NCBI GenBank assembly: GCA_964057225.1
Contig: OZ059899.1
Coordinates: 1,922,001 to 1,986,000, forward strand
DNA length: 64,000 bases
Source: Auanema rhodensis
Lineage: Eukaryota > Animalia > Nematoda
Direction of reading: 5' to 3'
How positions within the stretch are numbered: position 1 is the first letter of the stretch; every line of letters begins with the position of its first letter. Of this stretch, positions 25,639-41,600 are shown one piece after another. Below the pieces are notes generated by a model. That model was not told the origin of the DNA. It was given only the letters and a program-made list of their open reading frames with translations, and did no database searches. The position numbers and the translations under genes were made by a program.

Positions 25639-28447
25639 GAAAAATGGAATCTAAAAACATCTACTTTTTGCTAAATTATTTTGAAATTTTTCGAAAAAAT
25701 TTTTGTCAAAATGTTTTTGGAAGCAATGTTGAGTGTACATGGAAACTCAACATACACTAATGCATCATTTTTCAAACAATCATAACTAATTTGTGTATCA
25801 AGCGTTTCTCAATGTAGTATAGTGCATTCGATGCGGATTTTTAAGCTGCGTCGATCTGTGTTATCAGATTTGCGCTAGCTTAAAAATGCACCGAGATATC
25901 AACTGATATAAGTTCACACTTATATCCTCGATTTTCACCCTGAAGAATTGATTTTTTCGTTGAATAACATTGTCCATCGTCTTTGCCTTGAAAAATGAAA
26001 TCTAAAAACATCTACTTTTTGCTAAATTATTTTGAAATTTTTCGAAAAAATTTTTGTCAAAATGTTTTTGGAAGCAATGTTAAGTGTACATGGAAACTCA
26101 ACATACACTAATGCATCATTTTTCAAACGATCATAACTAATTTTTGTATTGAGCGTTTCTCAATGTAGTATAGTGCATTCGATGCGGATTTTTAAGCTGC
26201 GTCGATCTGTGTTATCAGATTTGCGCTAGCTTAAAAATGCACCGAGATATCAACTGATATAAGTTCACACTTATATCCTCGATTTTCACCCTGAAGAATT
26301 AATTTTTTCGTTGAATAACATTGTCCATCGTCTTTGCCTTGAAAAATGGAATCTAAAAACATCTACTTTTTGCTAAATTATTTTGAAATTTTTCGAAAAA
26401 ATTTTTGTCAAAATGTTTTTGGAAGCAATGTTGAGTGTACATGGAAACTCAACATACACTAATGCATCATTTTTCAAACGATCATAACTAATTTTTGTAT
26501 CAAGCGTTTCTCAACGTAGTATAGTGCATTCGATGCGGATTTTTAAGCTGCGTCGATCTGTGTTATCAGATTTGCGCTAGCTTAAAAATGCACCGAGATA
26601 TCAACTGATATAAGTTCACACTTATATCCTCGATTTTCACCCTGAAGAATTGATTTTTTCGTTGAATAACATTGTCCATCGTCTTTGCCTTGGAAAATGA
26701 AATCTAAAAACATCTACTTTTTGCTAAATTATTTTGAAATTTTTCGAAAAAATTTTTGTCAAAATGTTTTTGGAAGCAATGTTGAGTGTACATGGAAACT
26801 CAACATACACTAATGCATCATTTTTCAAACGATCATAACTAATTTTTGTATTGTGCGTTTCTCAATGTAGTATAGTGCATTCGATGCGGATTTTTAAGCT
26901 GCGTCGATCTGTGTTATCAGATTTGCGCTAGCTTAAAAATGCACCGAGATATCAACTGATATAAGTTCACACTTATATCCTCGATTTTCACCCTGAAGAA
27001 ATAATTTTTTCGTTGAATAACATTGTCCATCGTCTTTGCCTTGAAAAAAGGAATCTAAAAACATCTACTTTTTGCTAAATTATTTTGAAATTTTTCGAAA
27101 AAATTTTTGTCAAAATGTTTTTGGAAACAATGTTGAGTGTACATGGAAACTCAACATACACTAATGCATCATTTTTCAAACGATCATAACTAATTTTTGT
27201 ATTAAGCGTTTCTCAATGTAGTATAGTGCATTCGATGCGGATTTTTAAGCTGCGTCGATCTGTGTTATCAGATTTGCGCTAGCTTAAAAATGCACCGAGA
27301 TATCAACTGATATAAGTTCACACTTATATCCTCGATTTTCACCCTGAAGAATTAATTTTTTCGTTGAATTACATTGTCCATCGTCTTTGCCTTGAAAAAT
27401 GGAATCTAAAAACATCTACTTTTTGCTAAATTATTCTGAAATTTTTCGAAAAAATTTTTTTGTTAAAATGTTTTTGGAAGCAATGTTGAGTCTACATGGA
27501 AACTCAACATACACTAATGCATCATTTTTCAAACAATCATAACTAATTTGTGTATTAAGCGTTTCTCAATGTAGTATAGTGCATTCGATGCGGATTTTTA
27601 AGCTGCGTCGATCTGTGTGATCAGATTTGCGCTAGCTTAAAAATGCACCGAGATATCAACTGATATAAGTTCACACTTATATCCTCGATTTTCACCCTGA
27701 AGAATTGATTTTTTCGTTGAATAACATTGTCTATCGTCTTTGCCTTGAAAAATGGAATCTAAAAACATCTACTTTTTGCTAAATTATTTTGAAATTTTTC
27801 GAAAAAATTTTTGTCAAAATGTTTTTGGAAGCAATGTTGAGTGTACATGGAAACTCAACATACACTAATGCATCATTTTTCAAACGATCATAACTAATTT
27901 TTGTATCAAGCGTTTCTCGATGTAGTATAGTGCATTCGATGCGGATTTTTAAGCTGCGTCGATCTGTGTTATCAGATTTGCGCTAGCTTAAAAATGCACC
28001 GAGATATCAACTGATATAAGTTCACACTTATATCTTCGATTTTCACCCTGAAGAATTAATTTTTTTGTTGAATAACATTGTCCATCGTCTTTGCCTTAAA
28101 AAAGGAATCTAAAAACATCTACTTTTTGCTAAATTATTTTGAAATTTTTCGAAAAAATTTTTGTCAAAATGTTTTTGGAAGCAATGTTGAGTGTACATGG
28201 AAACTCAACATACACTAATGCATCATTTTTCAAACAATCATAACTAATTTGTGTATCAAGCGTTTCTCAATGTAGTATAGTGCATTCGATGCGGATTTTT
28301 AAGCTGCGTCGATCTGTGTTATCAGATTTGCGCTAGCTTAAAAATGCACCGAGATATCAACTGATATAAGTTCACACTTATATCCTCGATTTTCACCCTG
28401 AAGAATTAATTTTTTCGTTGAATAACATTGTCCATCGTCTTTGCCTT
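25639..28447. repeat. 8-monomer higher-order repeat unit, copy 2
   Basis: Same A-H variant order and length. It is directly preceded by F-G-H; the marker ATATCTTCGA at 25221 and 28030 gives a lag of 2809. Confidence 0.85.
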
Positions 28448-29853
28448 GAAAAATGGAATCTAAAAACATCTACTTTTTGCTAAATTATTTTGAAATTTTT
28501 CGAAAAAATTTTTGTCAAAATGTTTTTGGAAGCAATGTTGAGTGTACATGGAAACTCAACATACACTAATGCATCATTTTTCAAACAATCATAACTAATT
28601 TGTGTATCAAGCGTTTCTCAATGTAGTATAGTGCATTCGATGCGGATTTTTAAGCTGCGTCGATCTGTGTTATCAGATTTGCGCTAGCTTAAAAATGCAC
28701 CGAGATATCAACTGATATAAGTTCACACTTATATCCTCGATTTTCACCCTGAAGAATTAATTTTTTCGTTGAATAACATTGTCCATCGTCTTTGCCTTGA
28801 AAAATGGAATCTAAAAACATCTACTTTTTGCTAAATTATTCTGAAATTTTTCGAAAAAATTTTTTTGTTAAAATGTTTTTGGAAGCAATGTTGAGTGTAC
28901 ATGGAAACTCAACATACACTAATGCATCATTTTTCAAACAATCATAACTAATTTGTGTATCAAGCGTTTCTCAATGTAGTATAGTGCATTCGATGCGGAT
29001 TTTTAAGCTGCGTCGATCTGTGTTATCAGATTTGCGCTAGCTTAAAAATGCACCGAGATATCAACTGATATAAGTTCACACTTATATCCTCGATTTTCAC
29101 CCTGAAGAATTGATTTTTTCGTTGAATAACATTGTCCATCGTCTTTGCCTTGGAAAATGAAATCTAAAAACATCTACTTTTTGCTAAATTATTTTGAAAT
29201 TTTTCGAAAAAATTTTTGTCAAAATGTTTTTGGAAGCAATGTTGAGTGTACATGGAAACTCAACATACACTAATGCATCATTTTTCAAACGATCATAACT
29301 AATTTTTGTATTGTGCGTTTCTCAATGTAGTATAGTGCATTCGATGCGGATTTTTAAGCTGCGTCGATCTGTGTTATCAGATTTGCGCTAGCTTAAAAAT
29401 GCACCGAGATATCAACTGATATAAGTTCACACTTATATCCTCGATTTTCACCCTGAAGAAATAATTTTTTCGTTGAATAACATTGTCCATCGTCTTTGCC
29501 TTGAAAAAAGGAATCTAAAAACATCTACTTTTTGCTAAATTATTTTGAAATTTTTCGAAAAAATTTTTGTCAAAATGTTTTTGGAAACAATGTTGAGTGT
29601 ACATGGAAACTCAACATACACTAATGCATCATTTTTCAAACGATCATAACTAATTTTTGTATTAAGCGTTTCTCAATGTAGTATAGTGCATTCGATGCGG
29701 ATTTTTTAGCTGCGTCGATCAGTGTTATCAGATTTGCGCTAGCTTAAAAATGCACCGAGATATCAACTGATATAAGTTCACACTTATATCCTCGATTTTC
29801 ACCCTGAAGAATTAATTTTTTCGTTGAATAACATTGTCCATCGTCTTTGCCTT

Positions 29854-32669
29854 GAAAAATGGAATCTAAAAACATCTACTTTTTGCTAAATTATTTTGAA
29901 ATTTTTCGAAAAAATTTTTGTCAAAATGTTTTTGGAAGCAATGTTGAGTGTACATGGAAACTCAACATACACTAATGCATCATTTTTCAAACGATCATAA
30001 CTAATTTTTGTATCAAGCGTTTCTCGATGTAGTATAGTGCATTCGATGCGGATTTTTAAGCTGCGTCGATCTGTGTTATCAGATTTGCGCTAGCTTAAAA
30101 ATGCACCGAGATATCAACTGATATAAGTTCACACTTATATCCTCGATTTTCACCCTGAAGAATTGATTTTTTCGTTGAATAACATTGTCTATCGTCTTTG
30201 CCTTGAAAAATGGAATCTAAAAACATCTACTTTCTGCTAAATTATTTTGAAATTTTTCGAAAACATTTTTGTCAAAATGTTTTTGGAAGCAATGTTGAGT
30301 GTACATGGAAACTCAACATACACTAATGCATCATTTTTCAAACGATCATAACTAATTTTTGTATCAAGCGTTTCTCGATGTAGTATAGTGCATTCGATGC
30401 GGATTTTTAAGCTGCGTCGATCTGTGTTATCAGATTTGCGCTAGCTTAAAAATGCACCGAGATATCAACTGATATAAGTTCACACTTATATCCTCGATTT
30501 TCACCCTGAAGAATTAATTTTTTCGTTGAATTACATTGTCCATCGTCTTTGCCTTGAAAAATGGAATCTAAAAACATCTACTTTTTGCTAAATTATTCTG
30601 AAATTTTTCGAAAAAATTTTTTTGTTAAAATGTTTTTGGAAGCAATGTTGAGTGTACATGGAAACTCAACATACACTAATGCATCATTTTTCAAACAATC
30701 ATAACTAATTTGTGTATCAAGCGTTTCTCAATGTAGTATAGTGCATTCGATGCGGATTTTTAAGCTGCGTCGATCTGTGTTATCAGATTTGCGCTAGCTT
30801 AAAAATGCACCGAGATATCAACTGATATAAGTTCACACTTATATCCTCGATTTTCACCCTGAAGAATTAATTTTTTCGTTGAATTACATTGTCCATCGTC
30901 TTTGCCTTGAAAAATGGAATCTAAAAACATCTACTTTTTGCTAAATTATTCTGAAATTTTTCGAAAAAATTTTTTTGTTAAAATGTTTTTGGAAGCAATG
31001 TTGAGTGTACATGGAAACTCAACATACACTAATGCATCATTTTTCAAACAATCATAACTAATTTGTGTATTAAGCGTTTCTCAATGTAGTATAGTGCATT
31101 CGATGCGGATTTTTAAGCTGCGTCGATCTGTGTGATCAGATTTGCGCTAGCTTAAAAATGCACCGAGATATCAACTGATATAAGTTCACACTTATATCCT
31201 CGATTTTCACCCTGAAGAATTGATTTTTTCGTTGAATAACATTGTCTATCGTCTTTGCCTTGAAAAATGGAATCTAAAAACATCTACTTTTTGCTAAATT
31301 ATTTTGAAATTTTTCGAAAAAATTTTTGTCAAAATGTTTTTGGAAGCAATGTTGAGTGTACATGGAAACTCAACATACACTAATGCATCATTTTTCAAAC
31401 GATCATAACTAATTTTTGTATCAAGCGTTTCTCGATGTAGTATAGTGCATTCGATGCGGATTTTTAAGCTGCGTCGATCTGTGTTATCAGATTTGCGCTA
31501 GCTTAAAAATGCACCGAGATATCAACTGATATAAGTTCACACTTATATCCTCGATTTTCACCCTGAAGAATTGATTTTTTCGTTGAATAACATTGTCTAT
31601 CGTCTTTGCCTTGAAAAATGGAATCTAAAAACATCTACTTTCTGCTAAATTATTTTGAAATTTTTCGAAAACATTTTTGTCAAAATGTTTTTGGAAGCAA
31701 TGTTGAGTGTACATGGAAACTCAACATACACTAATGCATCATTTTTCAAACGATCATAACTAATTTTTGTATCAAGCGTTTCTCGATGTAGTATAGTGCA
31801 TTCGATGCGGATTTTTAAGCTGCGTCGATCTGTGTTATCAGATTTGCGCTAGCTTAAAAATGCACCGAGATATCAACTGATATAAGTTCACACTTATATC
31901 CTCGATTTTCACCCTGAAGAATTAATTTTTTCGTTGAATTACATTGTCCATCGTCTTTGCCTTGAAAAATGGAATCTAAAAACATCTACTTTTTGCTAAA
32001 TTATTCTGAAATTTTTCGAAAAAATTTTTTTGTTAAAATGTTTTTGGAAGCAATGTTGAGTGTACATGGAAACTCAACATACACTAATGCATCATTTTTC
32101 AAACAATCATAACTAATTTGTGTATCAAGCGTTTCTCAATGTAGTATAGTGCATTCGATGCGGATTTTTAAGCTGCGTCGATCTGTGTTATCAGATTTGC
32201 GCTAGCTTAAAAATGCACCGAGATATCAACTGATATAAGTTCACACTTATATCCTCGATTTTCACCCTGAAGAATTAATTTTTTCGTTGAATTACATTGT
32301 CCATCGTCTTTGCCTTGAAAAATGGAATCTAAAAACATCTACTTTTTGCTAAATTATTCTGAAATTTTTCGAAAAAATTTTTTTGTTAAAATGTTTTTGG
32401 AAGCAATGTTGAGTGTACATGGAAACTCAACATACACTAATGCATCATTTTTCAAACAATCATAACTAATTTGTGTATTAAGCGTTTCTCAATGTAGTAT
32501 AGTGCATTCGATGCGGATTTTTAAGCTGCGTCGATCTGTGTGATCAGATTTGCGCTAGCTTAAAAATGCACCGAGATATCAACTGATATAAGTTCACACT
32601 TATATCCTCGATTTTCACCCTGAAGAATTGATTTTTTCGTTGAATAACATTGTCTATCGTCTTTGCCTT
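29854..32669. repeat. Tandem duplication of a 4-monomer block (lag 1408 bp)
   Basis: Monomer starts 29854/30205/30556/30909 repeat at 31262/31613/31964/32317 with the same variants (TTTCTGC+AAAACAT and two 353-bp monomers). Confidence 0.87.
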
Positions 32670-35600
32670 GAAAAATGGAATCTAAAAACATCTACTTTTT
32701 GCTAAATTATTTTGAAATTTTTCGAAAAAATTTTTGTCAAAATGTTTTTGGAAGCAATGTTGAGTGTACATGGAAACTCAACATACACTAATGCATCATT
32801 TTTCAAACGATCATAACTAATTTTTGTATCAAGCGTTTCTCGATGTAGTATAGTGCATTCGATGCGGATTTTTAAGCTGCGTCGATCTGTGTTATCAGAT
32901 TTGCGCTAGCTTAAAAATGCACCGAGATATCAACTGATATAAGTTCACACTTATATCTTCGATTTTCACCCTGAAGAATTAATTTTTTTGTTGAATAACA
33001 TTGTCCATCGTCTTTGCCTTAAAAAAGGAATCTAAAAACATCTACTTTTTGCTAAATTATTTTGAAATTTTTCGAAAAAATTTTTGTCAAAATGTTTTTG
33101 GAAGCAATGTTGAGTGTACATGGAAACTCAACATACACTAATGCATCATTTTTCAAACAATCATAACTAATTTGTGTATCAAGCGTTTCTCAATGTAGTA
33201 TAGTGCATTCGATGCGGATTTTTAAGCTGCGTCGATCTGTGTTATCAGATTTGCGCTAGCTTAAAAATGCACCGAGATATCAACTGATATAAGTTCACAC
33301 TTATATCCTCGATTTTCACCCTGAAGAATTAATTTTTTCGTTGAATTACATTGTCCATCGTCTTTGCCTTGAAAAATGGAATCTAAAAACATCTACTTTT
33401 TGCTAAATTATTCTGAAATTTTTCGAAAAAATTTTTTTGTTAAAATGTTTTTGGAAGCAATGTTGAGTGTACATGGAAACTCAACATACACTAATGCATC
33501 ATTTTTCAAACAATCATAACTAATTTGTGTATTAAGCGTTTCTCAATGTAGTATAGTGCATTCGATGCGGATTTTTAAGCTGCGTCGATCTGTGTTATCA
33601 GATTTGCGCTAGCTTAAAAATGCACCGAGATATCAACTGATATAAGTTCACACTTATATCTTCGATTTTCACCCTGAAGAATTAATTTTTTTGTTGAATA
33701 ACATTGTCCATCGTCTTTGCCTTAAAAAAGGAATCTAAAAACATCTACGTTTTGCTAAATTATTTTGAAATTTTTCGAAAAAATTTTTGTCAAAATGTTT
33801 TTGGAAGCAATGTTGAGTGTACATGGAAACTCAACATACACTAATGCATCATTTTTCAAACAATCATAACTAATTTGTGTATCAAGCGTTTCTCAATGTA
33901 GTATAGTGCATTCGATGCGGATTTTTAAGCTGCGTCGATCTGTGTTATCAGATTTGCGCTAGCTTAAAAATGCACCGAGATATCAACTGATATAAGTTCA
34001 CACTTATATCCTCGATTTTCACCCTGAAGAATTAATTTTTTCGTTGAATAACATTGTCCATCGTCTTTGCCTTGAAAAATGGAATCTAAAAACATCTACT
34101 TTTTGCTAAATTATTTTGAAATTTTTCGAAAAAATTTTTGTCAAAATGTTTTTGGAAGCAATGTTGAGTGTACATGGAAACCCAACATACACTAATGCAT
34201 CATTTTTCAAACAATCATAACTAATTTGTGTATCAAGCGTTTCTCAATGTAGTATAGTGCATTCGATGCGGATTTTTAAGCTGCGTCGATCTGTGTTATC
34301 AGATTTGCGCTAGCTTAAAAATGCACCGAGATATCAACTGATATAAGTTCACACTTATATCCTCGATTTTCACCCTGAAGAATTAATTTTTTCTTTGAAT
34401 AACATTGTCCATCGTCTTTGCCTTGAAAAATGGAATCTAAAAACATCTACTTTTTGCTAAATTATTTTGAAATTTTTCGAAAAAATTTTTGTCAAAATGT
34501 TTTTGGAAGCAATGTTGAGTGTACATGGAAACTCAACATACACTAATGCATCATTTTTCAAACAATCATAACTAATTTGTGTATCAAGCGTTTCTCAATG
34601 TAGTATAGTGCATTCGATGCGGATTTTTAAGCTGCGTCGATCTGTGTTATCAGATTTGCGCTAGCTTAAAAATGCACCGAGATATCAACTGATATAAGTT
34701 CACACTTATATCCTCGATTTTCACCCTGAAGAATTGATTTTTTCGTTGAATAACATTGTCCATCGTCTTTGCCTTGAAAAATGAAATCTAAAAACATCTA
34801 CTTTTTGCTAAATTATTTTGAAATTTTTCGAAAAAATTTTTGTCAAAATGTTTTTGGAAGCAATGTTAAGTGTACATGGAAACTCAACATACACTAATGC
34901 ATCATTTTTCAAACGATCATAACTAATTTTTGTATTGAGCGTTTCTCAATGTAGTATAGTGCATTCGATGCGGATTTTTAAGCTGCGTCGATCTGTGTTA
35001 TCAGATTTGCGCTAGCTTAAAAATGCACCGAGATATCAACTGATATAAGTTCACACTTATATCCTCGATTTTCACCCTGAAGAATTAATTTTTTCGTTGA
35101 ATAACATTGTCCATCGTCTTTGCCTTGAAAAATGGAATCTAAAAACATCTACTTTTTGCTAAATTATTTTGAAATTTTTCGAAAAAATTTTTGTCAAAAT
35201 GTTTTTGGAAGCAATGTTGAGTGTACATGGAAACTCAACATACACTAATGCATCATTTTTCAAACGATCATAACTAATTTTTGTATCAAGCGTTTCTCAA
35301 CGTAGTATAGTGCATTCGATGCGGATTTTTAAGCTGCGTCGATCTGTGTTATCAGATTTGCGCTAGCTTAAAAATGCACCGAGATATCAACTGATATAAG
35401 TTCACACTTATATCCTCGATTTTCACCCTGAAGAATTGATTTTTTCGTTGAATAACATTGTCCATCGTCTTTGCCTTGGAAAATGAAATCTAAAAACATC
35501 TACTTTTTGCTAAATTATTTTGAAATTTTTCGAAAAAATTTTTGTCAAAATGTTTTTGGAAGCAATGTTGAGTGTACATGGAAACTCAACATACACTAAT

Positions 35601-38600
35601 GCATCATTTTTCAAACGATCATAACTAATTTTTGTATTGTGCGTTTCTCAATGTAGTATAGTGCATTCGATGCGGATTTTTAAGCTGCGTCGATCTGTGT
35701 TATCAGATTTGCGCTAGCTTAAAAATGCACCGAGATATCAACTGATATAAGTTCACACTTATATCCTCGATTTTCACCCTGAAGAAATAATTTTTTCGTT
35801 GAATAACATTGTCCATCGTCTTTGCCTTGAAAAAAGGAATCTAAAAACATCTACTTTTTGCTAAATTATTTTGAAATTTTTCGAAAAAATTTTTGTCAAA
35901 ATGTTTTTGGAAACAATGTTGAGTGTACATGGAAACTCAACATACACTAATGCATCATTTTTCAAACGATCATAACTAATTTTTGTATTAAGCGTTTCTC
36001 AATGTAGTATAGTGCATTCGATGCGGATTTTTAAGCTGCGTCGATCTGTGTTATCAGATTTGCGCTAGCTTAAAAATGCACCGAGATATCAACTGATATA
36101 AGTTCACACTTATATCCTCGATTTTCACCCTGAAGAATTAATTTTTTCGTTGAATTACATTGTCCATCGTCTTTGCCTTGAAAAATGGAATCTAAAAACA
36201 TCTACTTTTTGCTAAATTATTCTGAAATTTTTCGAAAAAATTTTTTTGTTAAAATGTTTTTGGAAGCAATGTTGAGTGTACATGGAAACTCCACATACAC
36301 TAATGCATCATTTTTCAAACAATCATAACTAATTTGTGTATTAAGCGTTTCTCAATGTAGTATAGTGCATTCGATGCGGATTTTTAAGCTGCGTCGATCT
36401 GTGTGATCAGATTTGCGCTAGCTTAAAAATGCACCGAGATATCAACTGATATAAGTTCACACTTATATCCTCGATTTTCACCCTGAAGAATTGATTTTTT
36501 CGTTGAATAACATTGTCTATCGTCTTTGCCTTGAAAAATGGAATCTAAAAACATCTACTTTTTGCTAAATTATTTTGAAATTTTTCGAAAAAATTTTTGT
36601 CAAAATGTTTTTGGAAGCAATGTTGAGTGTATATGGAAACTCAACATACACTAATGCATCATTTTTCAAACGATCATAACTAATTTTTGTATCAAGCGTT
36701 TCTCGATGTAGTATAGTGCATTCGATGCGGATTTTTAAGCTGCGTCGATCTGTGTTATCAGATTTGCGCTAGCTTAAAAATGCACCGAGATATCAACTGA
36801 TATAAGTTCACACTTATATCTTCGATTTTCACCCTGAAGAATTAATTTTTTTGTTGAATAACATTGTCCATCGTCTTTGCCTTAAAAAAGGAATCTAAAA
36901 ACATCTACTTTTTGCTAAATTATTTTGAAATTTTTCGAAAAAATTTTTGTCAAAATGTTTTTGGAAGCAATGTTGAGTGTACATGGAAACTCAACATACA
37001 CTAATGCATCATTTTTCAAACAATCATAACTAATTTGTGTATCAAGCGTTTCTCAATGTAGTATAGTGCATTCGATGCGGATTTTTAAGCTGCGTCGATC
37101 TGTGTTATCAGATTTGCGCTAGCTTAAAAATGCACCGAGATATCAACTGATATAAGTTCACACTTATATCCTCGATTTTCACCCTGAAGAATTAATTTTT
37201 TCGTTGAATAACATTGTCCATCGTCTTTGCCTTGAAAAATGGAATCTAAAAACATCTACTTTTTGCTAAATTATTTTGAAATTTTTCGAAAAAATTTTTG
37301 TCAAAATGTTTTTGGAAGCAATGTTGAGTGTACATGGAAACTCAACATACACTAATGCATCATTTTTCAAACAATCATAACTAATTTGTGTATCAAGCGT
37401 TTCTCAATGTAGTATAGTGCATTCGATGCGGATTTTTAAGCTGCGTCGATCTGTGTTATCAGATTTGCGCTAGCTTAAAAATGCACCGAGATATCAACTG
37501 ATATAAGTTCACACTTATATCCTCGATTTTCACCCTGAAGAATTAATTTTTTCGTTGAATAACATTGTCCATCGTCTTTGCCTTGAAAAATGGAATCTAA
37601 AAACATCTACTTTTTGCTAAATTATTCTGAAATTTTTCGAAAAAATTTTTTTGTTAAAATGTTTTTGGAAGCAATGTTGAGTGTACATGGAAACTCAACA
37701 TACACTAATGCATCATTTTTCAAACAATCATAACTAATTTGTGTATCAAGCGTTTCTCAATGTAGTATAGTGCATTCGATGCGGATTTTTAAGCTGCGTC
37801 GATCTGTGTTATCAGATTTGCGCTAGCTTAAAAATGCACCGAGATATCAACTGATATAAGTTCACACTTATATCCTCGATTTTCACCCTGAAGAATTGAT
37901 TTTTTCGTTGAATAACATTGTCCATCGTCTTTGCCTTGAAAAATGAAATCTAAAAACATCTACTTTTTGCTAAATTATTTTGAAATTTTTCGAAAAAATT
38001 TTTGTCAAAATGTTTTTGGAAGCAATGTTAAGTGTACATGGAAACTCAACATACACTAATGCATCATTTTTCAAACGATCATAACTAATTTTTGTATTGA
38101 GCGTTTCTCAATGTAGTATAGTGCATTCGATGCGGATTTTTAAGCTGCGTCGATCTGTGTTATCAGATTTGCGCTAGCTTAAAAATGCACCGAGATATCA
38201 ACTGATATAAGTTCACACTTATATCCTCGATTTTCACCCTGAAGAATTAATTTTTTCGTTGAATAACATTGTCCATCGTCTTTGCCTTGAAAAATGGAAT
38301 CTAAAAACATCTACTTTTTGCTAAATTATTTTGAAATTTTTCGAAAAAATTTTTGTCAAAATGTTTTTGGAAGCAATGTTGAGTGTACATGGAAACTCAA
38401 CATACACTAATGCATCATTTTTCAAACGATCATAACTAATTTTTGTATCAAGCGTTTCTCAACGTAGTATAGTGCATTCGATGCGGATTTTTAAGCTGCG
38501 TCGATCTGTGTTATCAGATTTGCGCTAGCTTAAAAATGCACCGAGATATCAACTGATATAAGTTCACACTTATATCCTCGATTTTCACCCTGAAGAATTG

Positions 38601-41600
38601 ATTTTTTCGTTGAATAACATTGTCCATCGTCTTTGCCTTGGAAAATGAAATCTAAAAACATCTACTTTTTGCTAAATTATTTTGAAATTTTTCGAAAAAA
38701 TTTTTGTCAAAATGTTTTTGGAAGCAATGTTGAGTGTACATGGAAACTCAACATACACTAATGCATCATTTTTCAAACGATCATAACTAATTTTTGTATT
38801 GTGCGTTTCTCAATGTAGTATAGTGCATTCGATGCGGATTTTTAAGCTGCGTCGATCTGTGTTATCAGATTTGCGCTAGCTTAAAAATGCACCGAGATAT
38901 CAACTGATATAAGTTCACACTTATATCCTCGATTTTCACCCTGAAGAAATAATTTTTTCGTTGAATAACATTGTCCATCGTGTTTGCCTTGAAAAAAGGA
39001 ATCTAAAAACATCTACTTTTTGCTAAATTATTTTGAAATTTTTCGAAAAAATTTTTGTCAAAATGTTTTTGGAAACAATGTTGAGTGTACATGGAAACTC
39101 AACATACACTAATGCATCATTTTTCAAACGATCATAACTAATTTTTGTATTAAGCGTTTCTCAATGTAGTATAGTGCATTCGATGCGGATTTTTTAGCTG
39201 CGTCGATCAGTGTTATCAGATTTGCGCTAGCTTAAAAATGCACCGAGATATCAACTGATATAAGTTCACACTTATATCCTCGATTTTCACCCTGAAGAAT
39301 TAATTTTTTCGTTGAATAACATTGTCCATCGTCTTTGCCTTGAAAAATGGAATCTAAAAACATCTACTTTTTGCTAAATTATTTTGAAATTTTTCGAAAA
39401 AATTTTTGTCAAAATGTTTTTGGAAGCAATGTTGAGTGTACATGGAAACTCAACATACACTAATGCATCATTTTTCAAACGATCATAACTAATTTTTGTA
39501 TCAAGCGTTTCTCGATGTAGTATAGTGCATTCGATGCGGATTTTTAAGCTGCGTCGATCTGTGTTATCAGATTTGCGCTAGCTTAAAAATGCACCGAGAT
39601 ATCAACTGATATAAGTTCACACTTATATCCTCGATTTTCACCCTGAAGAATTAATTTTTTCGTTGAATAACATTGTCCATCGTCTTTGCCTCAAAAAATG
39701 GAATCTAAAAACATCTACTTTTTGCTAAATTATTTTGAAATTTTTCGAAAAAATTTTTGTCAAAATGTTTTTGGAAGCAATGTTGAGTGTACATGGAAAT
39801 TCAACATACACTAATGCATCATTTTTCAAACGATCATAACTAATTTGTGTATTAAGCGTTTCTCAATGTAGTATAGTGCATTCGATGCGGATTTTTAAGC
39901 TGCGTCGATCTGTGTTATCAGATTTGCGCTAGCTTAAAAATGCACCGAGATATCAACTGATATAAGTTCACACTTATATCCTCGATTTTCACCCTGAAGA
40001 ATTGATTTTTTCGTTGAATAACATTGTCTATCGTCTTTGCCTTGAAAAATGGAATCTAAAAACATCTACTTTCTGCTAAATTATTTTAAAATTTTTCGAA
40101 AACATTTTTGTCAAAATGTTTTTGGAAGCAATGTTGAGTGTACATGGAAACTCAACATACACTAATGCATCATTTTTCAAACGATCATAACTAATTTTTG
40201 TATCAAGCGTTTCTCGATGTAGTATAGTGCATTCGATGCGGATTTTTAAGCTGCGTCGATCTGTGTTATCAGATTTGCGCTAGCTTAAAAATGCACCGAG
40301 ATATCAACTGATATAAGTTCACACTTATATCCTCGATTTTCACCCTGAAGAATTAATTTTTTCGTTGAATTACATTGTCCATCGTCTTTGCCTTGAAAAA
40401 TGGAATCTAAAAACATCTACTTTTTGCTAAATTATTCTGAAATTTTTCGAAAAAATTTTTTTGTTAAAATGTTTTTGGAAGCAATGTTGAGTGTACATGG
40501 AAACTCAACATACACTAATGCATCATTTTTCAAACAATCATAACTAATTTGTGTATCAAGCGTTTCTCAATGTAGTATAGTGCATTCGATGCGGATTTTT
40601 AAGCTGCGTCGATCTGTGTTATCAGATTTGCGCTAGCTTAAAAATGCACCGAGATATCAACTGATATAAGTTCACACTTATATCCTCGATTTTCACCCTG
40701 AAGAATTAATTTTTTCGTTGAATTACATTGTCCATCGTCTTTGCCTTGAAAAATGGAATCTAAAAACATCTACTTTTTGCTAAATTATTCTGAAATTTTT
40801 CGAAAAAATTTTTTTGTTAAAATGTTTTTGGAAGCAATGTTGAGTGTACATGGAAACTCAACATACACTAATGCATCATTTTTCAAACAATCATAACTAA
40901 TTTGTGTATTAAGCGTTTCTCAATGTAGTATAGTGCATTCGATGCGGATTTTTAAGCTGCGTCGATCTGTGTGATCAGATTTGCGCTAGCTTAAAAATGC
41001 ACCGAGATATCAACTGATATAAGTTCACACTTATATCCTCGATTTTCACCCTGAAGAATTGATTTTTTCGTTGAATAACATTGTCTATCGTCTTTGCCTT
41101 GAAAAATGGAATCTAAAAACATCTACTTTTTGCTAAATTATTTTGAAATTTTTCGAAAAAATTTTTGTCAAAATGTTTTTGGAAGCAATGTTGAGTGTAC
41201 ATGGAAACTCAACATACACTAATGCATCATTTTTCAAACGATCATAACTAATTTTTGTATCAAGCGTTTCTCGATGTAGTATAGTGCATTCGATGCGGAT
41301 TTTTAAGCTGCGTCGATCTGTGTTATCAGATTTGCGCTAGCTTAAAAATGCACCGAGATATCAACTGATATAAGTTCACACTTATATCTTCGATTTTCAC
41401 CCTGAAGAATTAATTTTTTTGTTGAATAACATTGTCCATCGTCTTTGCCTTAAAAAAGGAATCTAAAAACATCTACTTTTTGCTAAATTATTTTGAAATT
41501 TTTCGAAAAAATTTTTGTCAAAATGTTTTTGGAAGCAATGTTGAGTGTACATGGAAACTCAACATACACTAATGCATCATTTTTCAAACAATCATAACTA

